Shown here: positions 1 through 10,200 of the stretch, in pieces | Position numbering within the stretch: position 1 is the first letter of the stretch | Layout: every line of letters starts with the position of its first letter | Origin: Candidatus Micrarchaeota archaeon | GTDB taxonomy: Archaea; Iainarchaeota; Iainarchaeia; JAADDC01 | Length of the DNA: 56,740 nucleotides | Direction: 5' to 3' | NCBI GenBank assembly: GCA_027046625.1 | Contig: JALTXX010000006.1 | Span: 1 to 56,740 of the forward strand | Program-made: the position numbers and the translations under genes | The notes under the pieces: model-generated | The model's database searches: none | What the model saw: the letters and a program-made list of their open reading frames with translations, nothing else | Told to the model about the DNA's origin: nothing

Positions 1-92
1 ATCACATACCACCCCTTCCTCCACACTCCAATCAAACCCATCGGGGTATATATAACTTTCCTTTGGGTATTTGGTATTTAGGGCTTCGATGA
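1..92. repeat. Copy A of a 92-nt perfect direct repeat (partner 5474..5565); may extend beyond the window edge
   Basis: Base-by-base comparison: atcacatacc...gggcttcgatga is identical in both places. The copies diverge at position 93 (a) versus 5566 (g). Confidence 0.95.
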
Positions 93-102
93 ATAAACCA
101 AA
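1..102 (-). pseudogene. Orphan cassette 3 (partial): start-less copy of the junction region of the giant protein. The frame opens after TAG at 103-105 and runs out of the window.
   Basis: The minus-strand frame reads FGLFIEALNTKYPKESYIYPDGFDWSVEEGVVCD..., matching giant-protein residues just upstream of CDNRLNV. There is no ATG/GTG/TTG between the upstream stop and the homology. Nt 1-92 are identical to 5474-5565. Confidence 0.6.
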
Positions 103-234
103 CTAGGTTTAGAAGAATACAAGAAAGAAAGTGTCAATAGGGAGCCACGCCTTCATATGTGTAGGAATCGTCCGGGTTTATGTCTGGCATATTAAAATAT
201 TACCTTTTCATCTATTTAAACCTTGTCTATGTAA

Positions 235-1518
235 CTAGCCTTTTACTGTCCTCACTCTCGCCTCTCCAAGCTTTTTTAGTACATGCCAGTGTCTTTCATA
301 TGATATCTTCCCCTCTTTAGCATGTTGTAAGGTTTCTTTCAATAGGTTAGTAACCTCATCATGGTCTTTTAGATATTCTCTAACTCTTGGAGGACGTAAG
401 TAAAATGTATAGGGTAAGCTATGTGGTAAATACGCATGTTCAAACCTAAGCTCTTCCCCATCTTTTGTCTTAAAGTGGAAGTACCTCTTCTTCACAGCCT
501 CGTACAATGACTTTGCCCCTTTATGAATCTGATCCTTCAACTCAGGCCTTCTCTTCTCCAACATCTTCAGATACAGCGGATAAATCATTTCATTTATTAT
601 ATCATAGTGTGCACCAAGTTCCTCATCCAAATGTAGCATCCTCTCCTCTAGCTCTTTATGTCCCTTAGCATATGAAGCCCTACGAGGAAGAATTCTCGAC
701 GTTTCTGACAACATATCAGGGAAGAACACATCATCCTTAGCTTCTCCCTTCTCATGCTTCTCAATCCTCTCTAGAATTTTATCCACTAACTCTCCTAGCC
801 TATCCCCTACATACCAATGACTTTTTGCCATCTCACTAAGAATCTTCTTATACCTACTCTCCTCTACAGCCTTGAACACTTTATCCTCAAAAGGTTCAAT
901 GAACCTTATGAACTCATGATGTGAGTATACGTTGAGTTCTGGGTTTCTAATAATGTTCTCCAGGTCCTTCCACAACCCTATAACCAACGCCTTCTTTTGC
1001 TTTGTATCCATGTTCTCCAACACAGAAACATCAAAGATATCTGGCAACGCAGCCCTGTACTTCTCCCAATGCTTTTCCACGTGCTCAGCCACCTTCTTAG
1101 CAGCCTCTGCAATTTCCTCGCTAGTAAACTCTTCTTTCTTCAACGTCCTATAAGCATCCTCTGGCAACGGATACACCTTATGATAAATATCAGCCAACTC
1201 CTCCCATATCATTTTGTTAGCACCCCTCTCTCTATACTCCAAAAACCTATCAATTAACGGCTTAGCAGCCCTGCTGTGCATGGGGGATTTGTATATCTTT
1301 AGCACATGCTCATATACTTCCTTCGGAATGTTACCCTCCTTATCCTTTGTTAACTCCCCCAACAGATAGAGAATATAATAGGCCTTCAGTTTAGGAAACG
1401 GATAGTAAGTTTCATAGTATCTCCTTGGCTCTTTTTCCTCCTCCCTCTCCTTCCTTTCCTTCCTACCAAATAACCTCTTCAACAACTTCCACGTATCCTC
1501 AGGTGTGAAGATAACCAC
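235..1518 (-). CDS. Uncharacterised 427-aa soluble, highly charged protein; paralog of 2885..4252; cassette partner gene
   Basis: Full ORF with a GTG start 2 nt after the stop of the upstream ORF (1521). It shares blocks with the 455-aa protein: YY..YP.PK.KAYY, HVEK.W, IEPFEDKV.EAV..SRY. No TM segment and no motif I recognise. Confidence 0.8.
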   Translation of the reverse strand: MVIFTPEDTWKLLKRLFGRKERKEREEEKEPRRYYETYYPFPKLKAYYILYLLGELTKDKEGNIPKEVYEHVLKIYKSPMHSRAAKPLIDRFLEYRERGANKMIWEELADIYHKVYPLPEDAYRTLKKEEFTSEEIAEAAKKVAEHVEKHWEKYRAALPDIFDVSVLENMDTKQKKALVIGLWKDLENIIRNPELNVYSHHEFIRFIEPFEDKVFKAVEESRYKKILSEMAKSHWYVGDRLGELVDKILERIEKHEKGEAKDDVFFPDMLSETSRILPRRASYAKGHKELEERMLHLDEELGAHYDIINEMIYPLYLKMLEKRRPELKDQIHKGAKSLYEAVKKRYFHFKTKDGEELRFEHAYLPHSLPYTFYLRPPRVREYLKDHDEVTNLLKETLQHAKEGKISYERHWHVLKKLGEARVRTVKG

Positions 1519-1520
1519 CT

Positions 1521-1922
1521 TTAACCACCTCCACCTATGTTACCACTACTAACTACTCCCAACTCATATTTAACATTACCCTCCCCATCCTTCACCTTCA
1601 CAATATCTCCGATTCGCACCAACTCAATAACTTTACTTTTCTTTAGTTTTGAAACATCAGATTCACTTACTCCATAGGCAGCAGCAGCCCCAGCACCATA
1701 GGCAGCTGTTGTACATAGAAACTCCTTGAGTAAATTCTGTTTAGATGGCTTGGTAGCCTTAAACTTAGGAAGCCTTCTCTTAATATTCTTTATTTTGTTT
1801 AGTTTTTGTCTGTATTTGTATATAATTGGATCTATGTTTATTTTAGCTTGTTTGAACAAGCCTGATTGATTATTTCTAAATAAATTTTTTATGCTATCAA
1901 GAGACAAACCCGACATACTCAA
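1521..1922 (-). CDS. Orphan cassette 2, downstream part (133-aa ORF; track start is TTG, first ATG at 1916)
   Basis: Same frame as 2031-2714, with 35 sense codons between TAG and the TTG. Its C-terminal half aligns with the extreme C-terminus of the giant protein. Its stop lies 2 nt before the 427-aa gene start. Confidence 0.5.
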   Translation of the reverse strand: MSMSGLSLDSIKNLFRNNQSGLFKQAKINIDPIIYKYRQKLNKIKNIKRRLPKFKATKPSKQNLLKEFLCTTAAYGAGAAAAYGVSESDVSKLKKSKVIELVRIGDIVKVKDGEGNVKYELGVVSSGNIGGGG

Positions 1923-2027
1923 TTCAGCAGTGTCAACCTGTGACTTACCATCCTTTATAATCTCGCTAAGTATTTTTGCCAGCTTCTTCTTATTATTATT
2001 ATTTCCACCGATTAAAACATTCCCGTA

Positions 2028-2714
2028 CTACTTCACAATCTCTCCCATAGCTTCCAGCACTACCACACCTTCCTCGCCCTCGGGTACCTTCTTAACCAAA
2101 CTTATGGCCAACTTTTCCCAATCATCTCCAGCCACTTCCTTCAACTCATCCCACCCTCCGCCCATCACACCTCTCAAAAACTTACTCGCCTCATCCGCTA
2201 TCGCTTTTTTCTTCTTACCTATAAACAACACCCGATCTAACCCACCTATTTTATTTTTGTTAATAACATTCTTCAGTGTATTTAACCTACTTACCGCATC
2301 GCCCACCAAAAAGATCCTGGCAGATATTGATACCGCCATTGGTACCACCCCAAACGCTATAATCAGCTTCTTTTCTCCGATCTCTCCAACCCCGGCCATC
2401 TCCTTAAACTTATTCAGTATTCCTTCTCTGTCAGCAGCTATCAAAGCAGTAGGAGCAGCACACTGAACCGCTCCAGATATTGCCCCCATAATGCCTCCCA
2501 CACCTAGTGTGGTAATTGTTTTACATAACATATATGCACCCCAGCAGGCACCAGTAAATGCCCCAAGAGACTTGTTGCTCAACCTCTTCTCTAGCACACC
2601 AATCTCAGCCTTACCATAAGATTCCCCATCGAACTTCACTGTAATAAACTCGCTCTCCCCAACCTTCTCCTTCAACAACTTCTTCAGCCTAACATTGTCA
2701 ATGTTAATCCACAC
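2028..2714 (-). CDS. Orphan cassette 2, upstream part (228-aa ORF if translated from GTG 2714); Gly/Ala/Cys-rich hydrophobic helices
   Basis: ORF track. The GTG start lies inside the CDNRLNV junction codons. Contains the glycine-zipper-like segment GGIMGAISG. Ends at TAG 2028-2030, in frame with the next ORF. Confidence 0.55.
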   Translation of the reverse strand: MWINIDNVRLKKLLKEKVGESEFITVKFDGESYGKAEIGVLEKRLSNKSLGAFTGACWGAYMLCKTITTLGVGGIMGAISGAVQCAAPTALIAADREGILNKFKEMAGVGEIGEKKLIIAFGVVPMAVSISARIFLVGDAVSRLNTLKNVINKNKIGGLDRVLFIGKKKKAIADEASKFLRGVMGGGWDELKEVAGDDWEKLAISLVKKVPEGEEGVVVLEAMGEIVK

Positions 2715-2884
2715 ATTTAACCTATTATCACAAATAGCTTCATCCCACTCGATGAAGTTTTAAGAAAAAGGAACAACAAGAAATTAACCACCAGAGTAGG
2801 ATACCTCCCCATCGTCAAATACCTCTGGCATATTAATATAGGGTCATTCCTTGTATTTATACCTTATTATAGTTTTCTGTGTAT

Positions 2885-4252
2885 CTATGGTTTGAATTTA
2901 TACCTTACCTTCCTGTGTTCAGCAGATGCCAGCTCATCCATGAACATCTCATGGTGCATCTTCAATATCCTCCCTCCCTTGGCCTTGTTTATCATCCCCT
3001 CAAGCTTTCCAAGTGTCTCCTCAAAGTCCTTCAAATACTCCCTATACATAGCCTTGTACTTTTCTCTGTTTAGATACCCCTCAGACAATTGTTGCAACAG
3101 AGCCCCATGCTCATACCTTTCCAGCTTTCCATCCGTTGTTTTATAGTGCAACAGCTCCCTCTTTGCAATGTTCCACAGATGCTCCCTCTCCACCTCCTCT
3201 CCAAATTCCTCCACGAGCTTCTGTCTCACCTCAGGATACTTATGCTTCGCCTCTTCAAGCTTCTGAATATAGTAGGGATAGAACATCATGGAGAGTACAG
3301 AGTCCTTCCTCCTATAGTCTGCCCACTCCTTTTCATCCCCTGCAAGGTGCTCAATCTGTTCAGGCGGTACTATACCACGCGGATCCGGAGTGAGTATATT
3401 ACCATACGTATCCTCAAAAATCCTGAGTATTTCATCCTTATCCTCAAGGTTCCGCTTGGCTCTTCGCACCCACTCCTTTAGCCTTTCACTCCTCTCCCTG
3501 CTAACGGTATCCTCCAATGCCTTCATATACCTACTATCCTTCACCGCTTCCAACACCTTATCCTCAAAGGGTTCAATGAGCCTCATAAGTTCCTGGTACG
3601 TCTTACCATATTGGGAAAAGTAGTACCGTCTCCTGTGAAGGTATATATCATGCACCAAGCCTACCACAGCCCTCCTCTTCTGATCCTCACTCATCCTGTT
3701 AACATGCTCTTCATCGTAAATGAGATGCAAAATCTGCTCATAGTCCTTCCAGTTCTTCTCCACATGCTCTATAATCTTCTTAAGAGTCTCTTCCGCCTTT
3801 GGGTCCTCCTCGAAAAATACAGAGCTTCCTACTTGATACTTCTTCATCAACCAATAAAGCCTGTCCTTATTCTCTATGGGCAGCTCAGACAGCCTGTCCA
3901 TAAACTTGAGAATTACATAGTCCGGAGGAACTCCTCCCTCCCTGTCCCACGTCCTGAACAGTACCTCATGGAAGTTCTTGTTTGCATAGAGATACCTGTG
4001 GCTCTTCAGATTCTCAAGGTACTTTTTATACAAATCCACGTTCACCCCTTCCTTATCAGAGAATAAATGCCCCAATGTGTTAAGGAAGTAATAAGCTTTC
4101 ACCTTGGGATAGGGTGTGTAGTAGACAGTAGTATAATGCCTTTCCTCCTCATCCTCCCTCTTCTTCTCCTCCCTCTTTACCTTCTTTACCTCCTTCTTCT
4201 CCCCCTTCTTTCTCAATAGCCACGCAATTAGATCACCCAAGAGCTCGGCCAT
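2885..4252 (-). CDS. Uncharacterised 455-aa soluble, highly charged protein; paralog of 235..1518; partner gene of the giant protein
   Basis: The ATG lies 6 nt after the giant gene's TGA (4259-4261). K/E-rich N-terminus followed by the conserved blocks shared with the 427-aa protein. Confidence 0.85.
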   Translation of the reverse strand: MAELLGDLIAWLLRKKGEKKEVKKVKREEKKREDEEERHYTTVYYTPYPKVKAYYFLNTLGHLFSDKEGVNVDLYKKYLENLKSHRYLYANKNFHEVLFRTWDREGGVPPDYVILKFMDRLSELPIENKDRLYWLMKKYQVGSSVFFEEDPKAEETLKKIIEHVEKNWKDYEQILHLIYDEEHVNRMSEDQKRRAVVGLVHDIYLHRRRYYFSQYGKTYQELMRLIEPFEDKVLEAVKDSRYMKALEDTVSRERSERLKEWVRRAKRNLEDKDEILRIFEDTYGNILTPDPRGIVPPEQIEHLAGDEKEWADYRRKDSVLSMMFYPYYIQKLEEAKHKYPEVRQKLVEEFGEEVEREHLWNIAKRELLHYKTTDGKLERYEHGALLQQLSEGYLNREKYKAMYREYLKDFEETLGKLEGMINKAKGGRILKMHHEMFMDELASAEHRKVRYKFKP

Positions 4253-4258
4253 TCTATA

Positions 4259-7200
4259 TCACCTCCAACTCCAACCCATTCGTCCTTTGATATGCGTATC
4301 CCCCTTATACAGCTCCCTATATTCTATCTTTATTTTCTCCTCATCCGGCTCAACACCCACGTAAACCTCCCTCAATCCTAACACCTTCTCTATCTTCCAC
4401 ATACCATCGGATACCTTATCTATCTTTATGACTGTAAGAGAGGCCCCCTTCGTTGTTTTGGCAGCTGCATACGCAGAGGTGACACCTGCAAGGTAAGCAG
4501 CAGCCAAGCACCCAGCATCCTTTATTACGTTTTTAAGCTTACCGGTCAACCCTTCTGCAACCGTAGAAACCCTGGAAGCCTCCCTTTCCGGATTAGAAAT
4601 CTTTAGATCTCCGGTTATCAAATCACTAACGGTTCTTTGGGCGTTTTTACTAGAAATACTGCCTAATTGAATTCTGGGAATTCCTTCTAAAGCACTTCTG
4701 AGATTATCTCCACTATTATTACCTTTCAGTCCCCTAAGCAGTCCATCCAATTCATAGCTTTCATTTCCTACCCTAACAACATACGTTCCATTTTTTCCCT
4801 TCTCAGCCCTACTCAGCAGCAGCTTCAAATATGCCAGCGGCTCAAATCCATTATCTATATCTTTTGCAGCCTTCACAATATCAACAGGGTTAATCCCGTT
4901 CTCCAAGAGGATTTCATACCCCTTCTTACCGAAGAATCCTCTAGCAAACCTGTCATACACACTATCCATGTCCCTGTAGAATATCTTTGCAAACCTGCCA
5001 TCTTCGTTGAAGTTCTTCAACCCTTCAAAGGCCCTCTTATAATCCACTACCCACCTATGTATCGCAGCATCCGCCGCCACAATGCTGCCCCCTACAAGCA
5101 CCGCAGGCAACCACCCCTCCTTCACCGCTTCTGTAACCTCACCCCTCTCCACAGATATAATGGCATTCTTTAACTGATCTTTGTAATTATAGACCGCTGC
5201 TCCACTAGGTGCACACATAAATACTCCCTGAGCGACAGAGCTCAGGAAACCACCCTTCCACACCTTCCAAGCACCACATGCAGCATAGACAGCCGTACAT
5301 GTAGCTACAAAGGTAGCAACGGTGGTTTTGTTCACCAAAGCCTCTGCAAACTTCACATCTGCCGTTCCGTAGGAACTTCCATCATAGAGAATGACAATGT
5401 TCTGAGGATCGATCTTACTTAGCTCACCTCTCAGTCCAGCATCACCAATATCAGCACTAACGTTTAACCTATTATCACATACCACCCCTTCCTCCACACT
5501 CCAATCAAACCCATCGGGGTATATATAACTTTCCTTTGGGTATTTGGTATTTAGGGCTTCGATGAGTTTTGGAATGAGCTCGTTGATGGATTTGATCTCT
5601 CCCAGTGCAGTGGCAAGGTCTGTCTCATTGATGTTGGCCTCCATAAACTTTAGTTTCACCTCAGAGTACACTAATCTCCCGCCGATGATGTAGTACACAA
5701 GCAGAGGTAACTCCCATTTCTTATCAAACGTCAAGCTCTTATCTCCAGCCGAAATCTCCACTTGTGTACCATTCTTCCAAACAATGGTTAGGGTGGTACC
5801 GTTACCAATGGTAATACCATCGGTGGCTTTTGTCCCCTCTTTTGCAAGGATGCACATACCAGAGGAGCAGATAGAGGAACCTTCAATGCTCCAGCTCCAC
5901 TGCTTCAGGTTGCCGTTGCAGCTTTTCATGTAGGGGATGAGCAGCACAAACTCTTTCTTCTTTATTTCTCCAGTCGGTGGATAAACGTAGTAGGTAATAC
6001 CACCGTTGCTATTCTCTTTCTCGTAAACTACTTGGGTTGGATCCGCTATGAAGGTTTTGAAGGTTTCCTCTAGCTTGGAAGGTTCCACACCTTCGTTGAA
6101 GGTTACCGTGAAGGAGTTAGATGTCTCTTCTACCTTGAAGTGGGCCTGGTTGTTAAGGGAGCCTAACTTGAAGGTGATGGAGCTTTCGCTGGAGATGGTG
6201 GCGCCGGAGTTGTTTATTATGTTACTGAGGATATCGGGGACGGCGCCGCTTGACTCTACTTTTACCTCTACCTTATCGGGTAGATTGCCGGGATTCTTGG
6301 GGTTTATGAACCAGTAGAGGGGGAGCTTTACGTCGGGGAGCGAAGCGTTGGGGATAGTTTTGGCACATAGATAGGTTAGGCCTCCCTCCTTTTTGAGGGT
6401 GAAGGTGACAGAACCAGGTCCTATATCCATGGCAGCGACAGGGTTGGATTCACACTTGAGGAGGATGGGGGGATCTATGAAGTGATTGGCTGTGAGGGTC
6501 ATTTTTCTTGTGTAGAGAGTGAAGCTTACCTCCTTTTCTTTCATTGTTTCTGCAGTCTCTGTAATTCTTTGAACAACGTCAGAGAGGAAGAGGTATCTGC
6601 TGGATGGTACAGTTAATTGTTCCCCATCGATGGTGGTTACCTCTGTGTTGGGTTTTTCTTCAATGGTGATGGACAGATAACCCTCTGCGTTAGAGAGGTA
6701 AAGGATACCATCTTCTACCGTTTTAGGTATGGTTATGGATAGGAAGATTTTGTTATCTGAACCTGAAGAGGGTGGTAGTCTGATCGTTTTTGCTTCATTT
6801 GGTCTGAAAGTTACGCTGTTGACGGTAATGGGATAGTTGCAGCTGTTTGTGATAAATATTTGTGTGGTTCCGGGAGGAACAGATGATTGATAAATTATAC
6901 AATCTGTGGAGAAGGGTATAAGATGAATGGGTAGCTCCACTCTTCCCCTGTCGGTACCTATCACAATACGATACTCAGAGGAGGAAGCGGGAACCTCCTT
7001 TACCTCTATTGAAAGGGTTGCCGAGGTGGAACTTTTCTTGTTTATGGTGATGGGGAGAGCATCAAAGGATAGGGAGGCAGAAATGCGGTCGCTCAATACA
7101 TTTTTTATTCCATTTATAGTAGCACTTACCTCGTTAGAGGCAATGGTAACTTTATTGCTAAACTCTCCCGTGGAAGATGCTATCACATAAACCCTGTTGA

Positions 7201-10200
7201 AGGTCTGCTCATTATACTTGAATGTGAGGAGATATTGGGATGGGATGACGGTAACTTCCTTATCAATATTTACCTTCTTTCTGAGGGAGCCAATGGAGTA
7301 GGAAAGGAGAAGGGTGGCATTCCAGGTTGTAGGTTTGTCAACCTCCTCTCCTTTATAGGAGAGGGAGATGGAAATGCTTCCATCGGAGGGATCATCGTCT
7401 GAAAGACTTGCGGTGAAGAGGGAGGAGGGAGAGATGGAAACTCCCCCTATATCAAGGAAGGAAAGAACAGATCCGTCGTTTATGGTAATTGGTATCTCTG
7501 TCTCCCTATCTTCCACAAGGATGATAGGCTCCTCAACATCGAAGGACAGTCCTATACTCCCTTTCACTACGGTGAATGTTGTGGTAAAGTATCTCATCTC
7601 TCCTCCAAACTCATAACCCCATACTAGTGTTGCCTCACAGGAAGCTTCCCTACTTTCTGAAGTAAGGGTTACATCCATTTCCTCCTCTGAGGAAGAAGGT
7701 ATGGAGGTTGGAATGGATAGGGTTAGCTCCCCATTTTCACACACCTTCTCCATGCTTCCGTTCTCTGGATAGGCTAAGAATATGGTGTAGGGTGAGGTAT
7801 TCCTTATGGGAATGGATACCGAGTTAAATCTGCTTCCTTCGGGGAAGGGAATGGTAATAGTTTCTGGGATGTCAAGGAGAGGTTGCCCTGGAGGAATGTA
7901 GACAGTAACTACCTCAGGAACAACACTGCATACATAATCCAAACCTTCTTTGCAGATTACCTGCAGATCTCCTTTCATACCTGGAAGGGTTAGGATGCAC
8001 CTTCCGTTCTCAAAGGTGGCTGTTATACCTCCTCCGGCAGAACAGCTATCCCTCCCTACAATGACGTCAAAGGGCTGCATATCTCCAAGGGCAGGCCCGC
8101 TCAATGTGAGAGCTATGCTATCTATGCCCTTTGGAAGTGATACCTCAATGGGAAGTTCTTCTTTAAAAAGGAAGGAGAACCCCTCATTTACACGGACAAA
8201 TACCGTTCTATCACCAAGAACGGTAATATTTCTCGTGTTGGTGTAAAGTACTGCTCCATCCTTAGAAAATATTTGTAGTTTAGCCGCGTAAGAACCCTCC
8301 TTAACATTTTTTACCCTTAGCGTTACCTCCTTTACATCAAAGGGTTTTAGCGTGATACTTATGTCCTTCTTCTTGTCTCCGAAGCTGAGGGTAAGCTTTG
8401 CAGAGGAAGATTCTAGAGAGCATCTTATTACATAGGCTCTAACCTCTAGATTATCCCCCTCCAGTGCGGAGGCAACGTCTGTATACGTCTTTCCATCCCT
8501 TTCTACGTCAAAGGATAGGAGGCTGCCATACCCGTTGGTACATCTTGCCTCTCCTAGAGCTGGAATGACGGCAGTATCCGTATAGGAGGCGCCCTTATCT
8601 GTTTCAAGGGTGTAGCTTATTCTTGCATATCCATCCACATCGTACAGAGGTACAACAACCTCTACCTCTCCTGACAGATCATTCACCTTAACAGTTTTTA
8701 CCTCTGAGGAGCCATCGGGCTTGAATGCTTCTACTATGAGGGTGGCGCCGGTACTGTCAGGAGTGAGAGCATAGTCAAAGAGTAGGGTATACTGCTTTCC
8801 ACTCTCTATGGATGCATATAGCTCCCCCTTCTTTTTTACTCCCTTCAGGATGGCCTTCGGCGCCTCGTTTATGGGAGTAAGGTAAATATCTACCCGGGAG
8901 TATGTTGGTACTGCTACATCCTTCTTGGATGGCACATATCCTTCTGCGGACACATTTATGGTGTATTCACCCTTTGGAAGCATTACAATACCACAGCCAT
9001 TAATGTTTGTCCTCTTTGTAAGTTCTTTTCCTCCTGCTGTAACCCCTTCAATGGAAAGAGAGACATTATTTACATTTTCTACAGTATCCTCCCTTCTCCA
9101 AAGGATGCACACCTCAAGGGAGTACTCTCTCTCAGTTGCCCTTAGGGATCTTTCCATGATGGTTGTTTCGAAGGTGTCTGTTTTCCATACAAGGGTTGCC
9201 TTTACCTCTCCGTGAAGTTCTACCTTCTTTTCCTTTACCTGGGGTTCATTCTTCAACGAGAGGGAAATTGTTTCGTTGTTCAGGGTTAGCTCAAGAGAGC
9301 CGTGGCCAAACCCTCCCAGGGAAACCACACTCTCTGATGAGATGGTATCCTCCTCACCTTCCCACTTTACATAGTACCACAACTCCGTTCCATCGTAGTT
9401 CTGGAAGGGAATAGAGGTTGCGTAGAAGGTACCCTCCCCTGTAAACTCCTCTCTGGTATTATCCTTGTAGTGTAGGGTTGCAACGATCTTTATATCTACA
9501 TCTTTTATATCCCCTGTGAAGCTGAATCCCCTAAATGTAAAGTCTACATATTCCTTATCTGCGGCGTCCTTTGAAATTTCTTGGGAGAATGTCTTGAAGA
9601 GAGGGGATGATACACCAGCCTGTACCCTAACCTCTACGCTCTTTGCTTCGTTGTTTGTATAAACTCTTACATGTAGTTTACCTCCATTTATTAGTACCCT
9701 TCCGCTGGGCACCCCATTCTTGGTGAAATACCATTCTATGGTGCCGGTGGGCTTTTTCTCCCTGTACACAAGGGTTATGGCCTCGGTAGCAACAATCCTT
9801 TCATCTTTTAGAACCTCTACTCTGAGGGGTTGGGTTCTGTCCACCGTAAAATCGATACTTCCATAGGCAAATCCTTCCACAGGTATTTCCTTTTTATCCT
9901 TTATGATAAATCTGAGGGTGGCATTCCCCACTACTATGTATGTTATCGTAGCCTTTCCGTTTATGGCATCCACCTCTTCTGTGGGAGTTATAAGGTATAG
10001 GATACCTTCTGCTTCCTTTAGAGGGGCAGATATAAGCGTTACTTCCTGTTCAAAGCTCCCCTCTTCCTCACCGTTCTTCAATACCTTTACACGAAGTGTA
10101 TATTTTCCATCCTCTAAGGAGGGGGTTGGTATCTTAAGGGAGAGGGACGGAGGAGAGGGAGAGACCCTCTTGTTAAGAAGGGTTTTGCCGCCCATCTCTA

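Larger units (their letters stand above)
1521..2759 (-). pseudogene. Orphan cassette 2: diverged copy of the giant protein CT domain. One reading frame, interrupted by a single in-frame TAG (2028-2030), with no canonical start before the junction motif.
   Basis: The frame opens after TAA (2760-2762) and reads NFIEWDEAICDNRLNVWINID... There are 396 codons after CDNRLNV versus 399 in the giant gene. Alignable blocks: FDGESYGKAEI/YDGSSYGTADV, GACWGAYMLC/CTAVYAACGAW, FLCTTAAYGAGAAAAYG/AGCLAAAYLAGVTSAYA. Confidence 0.65.

Noticed and set aside
932-4066. Plus-strand ORFs overlapping the 427/455-aa genes and the orphan cassette (932..1153, 997..1257, 1891..2466, 2879..3073, 3089..3481, 3611..4066 and others)
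   Set aside because: These are antisense shadows of better-supported minus-strand ORFs that have paralog conservation. The plus-strand translations are low-complexity.
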